Part shown: positions 10,207 through 16,266 of the stretch, piece by piece
Numbering within the stretch: position 1 is the stretch's first letter
Layout: each line of letters begins with the position of its first letter
Source of the DNA: Halomicrobium mukohataei DSM 12286
Lineage (GTDB): Archaea > Halobacteriota > Halobacteria > Halobacteriales > Haloarculaceae
DNA length: 32,000 nucleotides
Assembly (NCBI RefSeq): GCF_000023965.1
Contig: NC_013202.1
Coordinates: forward strand, 1,800,001-1,832,000
Reading direction: 5' to 3'
Notes under the pieces: model-generated
What the model saw: the letters and a program-made list of their open reading frames with translations, nothing else
What the model was told of the DNA's origin: nothing
Database searches by the model: none
Translations under genes and position numbers: made by a program

Positions 10207-10572
10207 CTACAGGGCCTCTCGGATCTCTCGGGCCAGGGTCGCGTACTGTTCGGTCCCCGTGCTCTTCTTGACGAACGCGGTCGGACAAGCGGCCGCCCCA
10301 TCGTCGATGTCGTCCTCGTCGCGGCCGGTAAACACCAGAAACGGGATCTCCGGTCGGCTCGCGCGGATCTCCTGACAGAGTTCGAGTCCGTCGAGTTTGG
10401 GCATCGTCAGGTCGCTCACGACGGCATCGAAGGAACCGGCACGCACCCGCTCCAGGGCCGCTTCCGGATCGCTCTCGGTCGCGACCGTCAGTCCCTCCTG
10501 TCTCCCCAGAAATGCCTCGGTGATCTCGAGTACGTCTTCGTCTTCGTCTACGATCAAGACCTCGATTGCCAT
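10207..10572 (-). CDS. CheY-like response-regulator receiver (stand-alone)
   Basis: MAIEVLIVDEDEDVLEI..., FDAVVSDLTMPKLDG, VFTGRDE and AFVKKS supply the canonical acidic pair, phospho-Asp, Thr and Lys. The track ORF begins 7 codons upstream at 10593; I prefer the start at 10572. Confidence 0.88.
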   Translation of the reverse strand: MAIEVLIVDEDEDVLEITEAFLGRQEGLTVATESDPEAALERVRAGSFDAVVSDLTMPKLDGLELCQEIRASRPEIPFLVFTGRDEDDIDDGAAACPTAFVKKSTGTEQYATLAREIREAL

Positions 10573-10685
10573 CGTCACATGTGAATGGCACACACTGGGT
10601 TAAACCCCCGGGTCACGGGACCTCTCGCCGCCATCTGTCGCTTCCGAGGCGACTCGCCACCTCGCGGTGACGAGAGGTCACCCCC

Positions 10686-10877
10686 TCACCGCATCGCGGC
10701 CAGGTCCTCGAACACGTCCTGGTCGGCACTCAGCCAGGTGGTCGTTCGCTCACCCTCCTCGACTGTCCGGGGCGACACCGTACAGCGATCCGGCCCGTCG
10801 TCGTACTCGACGACCGTCGCTTGCAACGCCAGTGATCGACCAGCGCACGCCGTCGCGCGGGTGCCGTGCAGGCTCAT
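10686..10877 (-). CDS. Small acidic protein, likely a conserved haloarchaeal family (function unknown)
   Basis: 63 aa with strong GC3 bias. The block VVEYDDGPDRCTVSPR...TTTWLSADQDVFEDLAAMR resembles, from memory, a widespread halo-specific small-protein family. A TATA-like tttttac on the minus strand lies about 30 nt upstream of the ATG. Confidence 0.55.
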   Translation of the reverse strand: MSLHGTRATACAGRSLALQATVVEYDDGPDRCTVSPRTVEEGERTTTWLSADQDVFEDLAAMR

Positions 10878-10993
10878 TCGGTTCGATGCTCACAGACGAG
10901 GGTAAAAACGGCTACTAAGAGTGCTATCGAGAGCTATAGTCGCTATTGACCGCGCCGCGCGTCGTCGGTGTCTCCGCTCGGCCTCGCCGCCGA

Positions 10994-11164
10994 TCAGGCC
11001 GTCGCGCCGGTGTCGACTTCGCCGTCGATGCGGACGAATCCGTAGTCGCACTCCTCGCAGTGCCACTTCGTCTTCGTGCCCAGGTGCATCGTCGTACTCG
11101 CGACTTTCCAGAACGTCCGGTACTCCTCGCAGTCGGGACAGTAGTGCTCAAGGTCCATCGCCAT
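10994..11164 (-). CDS. Small zinc-ribbon protein (CPxC...CxxC), 56 aa, absent from the ORF track
   Basis: Manual translation of the minus strand gives MAMDLEHYCPDCEEYRTFWKVASTTMHLGTKTKWHCEECDYGFVRIDGEVDTGATA*. It has two Cys pairs, strong GC3 bias and an acidic tail. The overlapping listed ORFs have Arg/Pro-rich wrong-frame composition. Confidence 0.65.
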   Translation of the reverse strand: MAMDLEHYCPDCEEYRTFWKVASTTMHLGTKTKWHCEECDYGFVRIDGEVDTGATA

Positions 11165-11453
11165 ACGACCGGCTTTTTCGTGGGGACAATTGAAGCTCCC
11201 GGTTTCACAGCCATAAATCGGTGAGCGCTATATTGAATCGGCGTGGGGGAACTTCTGAATTTCAGAGGAGATACCTCGAGTGCACGAAAACAGCCCAAAA
11301 TTGATCCCTTTCAGAGTGTCGTTACTGGCAACAGACAGTCCAAGTTGATGTAGAGCGCTAGTCAGGCGGGGTTAGTGCCAAGCAAACCAATTCGACGTGG
11401 CCAGGTAGCATAGCCGTTGCAGATGTGAGAGCTAACGGTACCTATCCGATCAC

Positions 11454-11957
11454 TCATCTGATGTAAATCCTGCGAGCAAGTACCAGTAAAGGTAAGATGA
11501 AAAATGCGAGTCCAATGGTCGGGCCGAGAAGTACAATCTTCGAGAACTCGTGTGCGACAAAGGGACTTAACCCTAGTTCGTACCTGTAAGGAATCGTTGA
11601 CCAATTAAGATAGAAGCCGAACAGCGGTACTGCGAGAAGGAAAGAGAAAGTCAGGAGCATGAACTGCCGCCGAATCTGTTTCTGTGGAGTGTTCCAAGCG
11701 GTCATACTCATTAGTAGTGTAGACCCCATACTCGCCATCACAAAGCAACCTACACCAATTGCACTCCCACCGACAGTAACGACAACTGCTGGGAGGTCAA
11801 ACTGTACTATTGTTCCCCAGACCGCCAGAATTGAGAAAAATACTGGCCAAATAAGCACCCCCAATATATACCCATATGGTGGCTCAAGTAGCCGACTGTC
11901 CAGTAGAAATTCTGAATGGAGGATGTCTGCCCAATTACCACGTGTTCTTGAAACCAC
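11454..11957 (-). CDS. Orphan integral membrane protein (about 4 TM helices) in a low-GC islet
   Basis: 167 aa with a GTG start. Hydrophobic segments include ILGVLIWPVFFSILAVWGTIV, VVVTVGGSAIGVGCFVMASMGSTLL, FMLLTFSFLLAVPLFGFYL and IVLLGPTIGLAFFILPLLVL. Codons are A/T-ending, unlike the neighbouring genes. The upstream region is very AT-rich. Confidence 0.55.
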   Translation of the reverse strand: MVSRTRGNWADILHSEFLLDSRLLEPPYGYILGVLIWPVFFSILAVWGTIVQFDLPAVVVTVGGSAIGVGCFVMASMGSTLLMSMTAWNTPQKQIRRQFMLLTFSFLLAVPLFGFYLNWSTIPYRYELGLSPFVAHEFSKIVLLGPTIGLAFFILPLLVLARRIYIR

Positions 11958-12362
11958 ATTTATTATATATTGTTAGAAATATATAATATTTGTCCTTTAT
12001 GCAGACTTCGGTTCTATAGTAGAATTTAAAAGGACAATATATAAACAAGATTTAATGAAATCGATATCGAAAAGTCTATGTTTATTATAATTTGCCTGCG
12101 TTTTTATATTCAACCCCAGCGGAGAGTCCTCTGACTTTGAATCTGATTTCAATATATGGCCTATCGGAGAGGGTATATCCTGTGAACTTCCCTTCAGCCC
12201 TATGGTGACCTTCTTCAGTACCTCGCCCCGATCTGTTACTCGCTGACCGCGACCCGTGACGGCTCCGCCGTTCTCAAAAACCGGAGATTTCTGATGGGCT
12301 GCACGAGAACTCCGTTCTCGTGAACGTCGGCGGGTCGCTCTGCATTTCAGACAGTGTATGAC

Positions 12363-12668
12363 TCAATTCCAGACTGAACCGTGAGAGTGGTCGACACCCA
12401 ACAATTCTGAGATTGTGACCGTCTCCTTGATCGACAGCCCCGCCGTGTGGAGACGCACCCAAAACCGCCGGATGGGTGTCAGTGTGTGCTCATTCTCCCA
12501 AGCGCCTTGGCTGTCCGTTTCCAACCTTTCTCTGAGCGGGTCTGCGAGTGACATGAACATCTCTCGCTACGGCCTGCTCGTTCCTCACTCCCTCAACTAG
12601 ACAGTGCCTGTTATTAATCCATGACATTTATTCGATATCCACTAAGCTCTCTTTGCACAGATTCTGCC
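12363..12668 (-). mobile_element. IS6-family insertion-sequence remnant (terminal inverted repeat plus N-terminal HTH fragment of the transposase)
   Basis: The 65-aa ORF 12363-12560 encodes ...RRFWVRLHTAGLSIKETVTISELLGVDHSHGSVWN*. This resembles the N-terminus of haloarchaeal IS6 transposases (R-LHLAGLS...LGV-RS...V-NW). The minus-strand sequence ggcagaatctgtgcaaag (12668-12651) resembles the IS6/IS26-type terminal repeat GGCACTGTTGCAAA. No catalytic DDE part follows. Confidence 0.55.
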
Positions 12669-12740
12669 GTTCGGATCTACTGTCAGTTGTCGTCCCGCCC
12701 CGACTAACGTTATAAGTCACTGGCCGCCCCAGCGTCGATC

Positions 12741-13274
12741 ATGACGATCTACACGGGTCGTGGCGACCAGGGCCAGACCGACCTCCGAAACATGGAACGG
12801 GTTTCGAAGGACAGCAAACGGATCGAAGCCTACGGCACCGTCGACGAGGTCAACGCGCTCGTCGGCGTCGTGCGGCCGACTGGCCACGACGACATCGACG
12901 AGAAGCTCCGGGAGATCCAGAACCACCTCCACGTCGTCCAGGCCGACTTCGCGAACCCCGCGCCGGAGGACGACGATCCACAGATCGGCGACCGTCACGT
13001 CGAGACCCTGGAGTCGTTCATCGACGAGGCCGACGCCGAACTGGAGCAGCTCACGCAGTTCATCCTCCCGTCGGGCTCCGAACCGGGCGCGAAACTCCAC
13101 CACGCCCGGGCGGTCTGTCGGCGCGCCGAACGGCGGGCGGTCTCGTTCTCGGCCGAAGAGCCGGTCAACGAGACTGCGATCGTCTACCTGAACCGACTGT
13201 CGGACGCGCTCTTTACGCTCGCGCGGCTGGTCAACAAACGCGAGGGCGTCCGAGAGGAGAATCCCGACTACTGA
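12741..13274 (+). CDS. pduO: PduO-type ATP:cob(I)alamin adenosyltransferase
   Basis: 177 aa. The N-terminus MTIYTGRGDQGQTDL...RIEAYGTVDEVNALVG and the C-terminus FILPSGS...AKLHHARAVCRRAERR...YLNRLSDALF match the family signature. Confidence 0.9.
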   Translation: MTIYTGRGDQGQTDLRNMERVSKDSKRIEAYGTVDEVNALVGVVRPTGHDDIDEKLREIQNHLHVVQADFANPAPEDDDPQIGDRHVETLESFIDEADAELEQLTQFILPSGSEPGAKLHHARAVCRRAERRAVSFSAEEPVNETAIVYLNRLSDALFTLARLVNKREGVREENPDY

Positions 13275-13321
13275 CCGCCGCGTGGTGGCCCGCTCGTCGG
13301 CGGCCGCCCTCTCGACTGCGG

Positions 13322-14608
13322 ATGGAAACGCCTTTGATCCGGACAGACACACATCCGAGCATGAGCAACGGGGACGACGACGGCGAGGACGCTGCACTCG
13401 ACGTGACTCTCGACAGTCGCCTCGACGACGCAGCCGAGGCCCTGGAGGCCGCAACGACCGAGTCGGCACTGGACGACGTCGAGGCGACCCTCGACGAGAT
13501 CGAATCGGACCTCGAAGACGCCGAGCTACCGGAGCCCGACGAGGACGACGAGGACGCGGACGACCCCCGCGAGCAACTGGAGTCGCGCCTCTCGGAGCTG
13601 CGTGACGACCTCGAAGACCAGCGCGGCCCCTACGTCGAGGACGTCGCCGAGACCGTCGATTCGGCGTCCGCGACCGTCGCGGACAGCGAGTGGACCGACG
13701 ACGGGGAACGGGAGGCCGTCGCCGCCGTCGAGTCGTTCCTCGACGCCGCTGGCGAGCACTACGACCTCGACGCCGATGCGGGCGACACGCTCGGAAGCGC
13801 GTCCGACGCGCTGGCCGACGCCGCGACGGCACTCGATGCGTCCGGCCTCGATCCCGACGAAGACGCCGACGCCATCGCCGGACTGGTCGAAGCCGCGGAT
13901 GCGCTCGAAGACGACCTCGACGCCGCGGAGACGTGGGACGATCTCACCGTCCAGGAGCAACTCGACGCTCGGGGCTTCTACGACGTGCTGGACAACGAGA
14001 ACCGCAAGGACTTCCCGCCGGAGTGGTCCGCTCTGAAGATCTACGCCAAGCAGGGCGAGGTCGAGCCGATGCTGTTCGCGCTGGGAAAGCTGGACGACTC
14101 GGAGTTCATGGAGGAGTACGTCCTCGACCAGTTCCTCCACATGGGCAGCGAGGCGGCCGACGCTTTCGACGAGCTCCACCAGCGCGCACAGAAGCGCGAC
14201 AAGCTCCCGATCCGGATCCTCGGAAAGATGGGCGACGAACGTGCCGCCGACACTCTCCACGACTTCATCGAGGGCGACGGCGATCCGGCGCTCCAGAAGG
14301 TGACGCTGCGCGCACTGGGTGAGATCGGCAGCGCAGACTCCGTCCAGCCCGTCGCCAACCGACTCGTGGCCGAGGACGACGAGGTCCGCTCGGTCGCGGC
14401 TCGCGCGCTGGGCCTGCTCGGCGACACCCGCGCGATCGAGCCGCTGGCCGACGTACTCGACGAGGACGACGTGGACTCCGTTCGAGCCTCTGCCGCGTGG
14501 GCACTGCGCCAGATCGGCACGGCCCGCGCGCTGGACGTGGCCGGCGAGTACACCGACGACGAGGCCTACCTCGTCCAGGCCGAGGCCGAGAAAGCCGCGA
14601 GCGTCTGA
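13322..14608 (+). CDS. Extremely acidic protein with C-terminal HEAT (PBS-lyase-type) repeats
   Basis: 428 aa. The C-terminus contains repeated blocks: LRALGEIGSADSVQPVANRL, VRSVAARALGLLGDTRAIEPLADVL and VRASAAWALRQIGTARAL. The N-terminal half is Asp/Glu/Ala low complexity. An alternative start at 13361 (MSNGDDD) lies about 27 nt after a TATA-like cctttgat. Confidence 0.8.
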   Translation: METPLIRTDTHPSMSNGDDDGEDAALDVTLDSRLDDAAEALEAATTESALDDVEATLDEIESDLEDAELPEPDEDDEDADDPREQLESRLSELRDDLEDQRGPYVEDVAETVDSASATVADSEWTDDGEREAVAAVESFLDAAGEHYDLDADAGDTLGSASDALADAATALDASGLDPDEDADAIAGLVEAADALEDDLDAAETWDDLTVQEQLDARGFYDVLDNENRKDFPPEWSALKIYAKQGEVEPMLFALGKLDDSEFMEEYVLDQFLHMGSEAADAFDELHQRAQKRDKLPIRILGKMGDERAADTLHDFIEGDGDPALQKVTLRALGEIGSADSVQPVANRLVAEDDEVRSVAARALGLLGDTRAIEPLADVLDEDDVDSVRASAAWALRQIGTARALDVAGEYTDDEAYLVQAEAEKAASV

Positions 14609-14654
14609 GCGTCTCACCCGTAGTTTATCAGGGAAGACGGCCCATCCCGTCTCG

Positions 14655-16265
14655 ATGGTCCGTTTCGCCCCGCTCCTCTGTGTCTGCTGTCTGTTCCTCG
14701 CAGCGAGTGCTCTCCCGGCCGTCGCACAGGACGAGACGACACCGTCTGCTCCGCACCCGGAGATTGTCGCCGCGTATCCGGACCCGATCGCCGACGGCGA
14801 CGCGGGCGAGTTCGTCGTCCTCCGGCTCCCCGCCGAGGCGGAGCTCGCCGGCTACGTTTTCACCGACGGCGACACGACCGTCTCGCTGTCGAACGTCTCT
14901 CGGCGGGGGCGAGTCGCTCTCTCTGCCGGACCCGACCGCGCTCGCAATCACACGGCCGCGCCGGTCGTCGCGGTCGACCGACTCGGACTCGCCAACGGCG
15001 GCGAACACCTCCAGGTGCGTCGGAACGGGACCGTCGTCGACCGAGCCGTCTATCGCGACACGGAGGAGGGCGAACGCGTCACCTGGAACGGGACTGAGCC
15101 CGTCTGGCGACCGATCGGTGCGACGGACCGGCCGGTGGTGTCGGCAGAGGGAGGCCACGTCCGTGCGTTCGTGCTCCCGGACGGCCCCGCCGTGCCGATC
15201 CAGACGGTGCGTGACGCCGACGACCGCGTCCTCCTGGCGGGATACACCCTCACCTCCGGCCGGGTCACCGACGCGCTCGTCGCGGCACACGAACGGGGCG
15301 TCACGGTGCGCGTCCTGCTGGAAGGCGCGCCGGTCGGCGGGCGCACGCGCCAGGGCGCACGACGACTCGACCGTCTGACCGAGGCCGGGATCGAGGTTCG
15401 CCTGATCGGCGGCGAGTACGCACGCTACGACTACCACCACGCGAAGTACGCGGTCGCCGACGACCGCGCGCTCGTCCTCACCGAGAACTGGAAGCCGAGC
15501 GGGACCGGCGGCCACAGCAGCCGCGGCTGGGGTGTCCGAACGAACCAGTCCCGCGTCGTCGACGGTCTCGCGGCGACGTACCTGGCCGACGCCAGCGGTC
15601 GCGACGCGCGCCCCTGGTCGCAGTTTCGCCGCGGCCGCTCCTTCGAACGGGGCGCGGTCTCGAACGCGAGCTACGAGACGACCGTCGCTCCCGAGACCGT
15701 CCCCGTCGAGGAGACGACGCTGCTGGTGACTCCGGACAACGCCGAGCCGCGACTGGTCGATCGGCTGGACGGAGCCCAGACCTCGATCGACGTGATACAG
15801 GTGTCGCTGGGATGGGACGGCACGCTCGCCGACGCGCTCCGACGCGCCGCCGACCGCGGCGTCCGCGTTCGCCTCCTGCTGTCCAGCGCGTGGTACGTCC
15901 GCGAGGACAACGAGCGTCTCGCCGAGCGCTTCGAGGAGTGGGCCAGCGCCAACGACGCACCCCTGTCGGTTCGCCTCGCCGACCCTGCGGGACGCTACGA
16001 GAAGATCCACGCGAAGGGCGCGATCGTCGACGACCGCCGCGTCGTTCTGGGGAGCCTCAACTGGAACGACCGGGCGGCCGCGAACAACCGCGAGACGGTC
16101 CTCTTACTGCGTGGCTCTGCGGTGGCCGACTACTACGGAACGGTGTTCGACGCCGACTGGCGGGGCGGTCGCTCGCCGCTGCCCTACGGACTGCTCGCGG
16201 CGGTCGCTGGCTGTCTCGGACTGGCCCTGATCGTCGGCGGGAAAATCAGGTTCGAACGACGGTAG
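14655..16265 (+). CDS. Secreted, membrane-anchored phospholipase-D-superfamily phosphodiesterase with an N-terminal lamin-tail domain
   Basis: 536 aa from ATG 14655. The Sec signal is MVRFAPLLCVCCLFLAASALPAVAQ. The LTD-like block reads IVAAYPDPIADGDAGEFVVLRLP...GYVFTDGD...GGEHLQVRRNGTVVDRAVY. The two HKD motifs are HHAKYAVADDRALVLTENW and IHAKGAIVDDRRVVLGSLNWNDRAAANNRE. The C-terminal TM helix LLAAVAGCLGLALIVGG is followed by KIRFERR. The track ORF (from 14319) overlaps the HEAT gene and is over-extended. Confidence 0.85.
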   Translation: MVRFAPLLCVCCLFLAASALPAVAQDETTPSAPHPEIVAAYPDPIADGDAGEFVVLRLPAEAELAGYVFTDGDTTVSLSNVSRRGRVALSAGPDRARNHTAAPVVAVDRLGLANGGEHLQVRRNGTVVDRAVYRDTEEGERVTWNGTEPVWRPIGATDRPVVSAEGGHVRAFVLPDGPAVPIQTVRDADDRVLLAGYTLTSGRVTDALVAAHERGVTVRVLLEGAPVGGRTRQGARRLDRLTEAGIEVRLIGGEYARYDYHHAKYAVADDRALVLTENWKPSGTGGHSSRGWGVRTNQSRVVDGLAATYLADASGRDARPWSQFRRGRSFERGAVSNASYETTVAPETVPVEETTLLVTPDNAEPRLVDRLDGAQTSIDVIQVSLGWDGTLADALRRAADRGVRVRLLLSSAWYVREDNERLAERFEEWASANDAPLSVRLADPAGRYEKIHAKGAIVDDRRVVLGSLNWNDRAAANNRETVLLLRGSAVADYYGTVFDADWRGGRSPLPYGLLAAVAGCLGLALIVGGKIRFERR

Positions 16266-16266
16266 G

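Noticed and set aside
7796-10375. 859-aa plus-strand ORF and 638-aa minus-strand ORF (8385-10301) inside the histidine-kinase gene
   Set aside because: Extreme Arg/Gly/Pro content with no motifs. The kinase frame has canonical PAS/GAF/HisKA/HATPase signatures and acidic haloarchaeal composition.
10924-11298. 124-aa minus-strand ORF and 92-aa plus-strand ORF (10946-11224)
   Set aside because: Both have Arg/Pro/Ser-rich composition. The 56-aa zinc-ribbon frame explains the codon bias better.
11366-11420. tRNA-like 5-prime fragments (gcggggttagtgccaagc; ggccaggtagcatagccg) that could mark an integration att site for the low-GC islet
   Set aside because: No complementary D-stem, no anticodon arm and no GTTCRAATC T-loop nearby. 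The resemblance is too weak to call.
12150-12362. Continuation of the IS6 transposase downstream of the 65-aa fragment
   Set aside because: No frame yields the expected VDETVI / DDE catalytic blocks. Only a doubtful resemblance (ADVHENGVLVQ) was seen, so the remnant is annotated only for the IR and the N-terminal fragment.
12717-13832. 371-aa minus-strand ORF over pduO and the HEAT gene; similar cases at 14628-16010(-), 20049-21137(-), 20450-21649(+), 22667-23758(+) and 23881-25149(-)
   Set aside because: All are Arg/Pro-rich shadows of well-supported genes in another frame or on the other strand.
14319-14654. N-terminal 112 codons of track ORF 14319-16265
   Set aside because: This part overlaps the 3-prime end of the HEAT-repeat gene in another frame. 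A classic signal peptide begins at Met 14655.
16173-16262. Possible PGF-CTERM/archaeosortase sorting signal at the C-terminus of the PLD-family protein
   Set aside because: A TM helix plus basic tail is present (LPYGLLAAVAGCLGLALIVGGKIRFERR), but the defining PGF tripeptide is absent. I call it only a C-terminal anchor.
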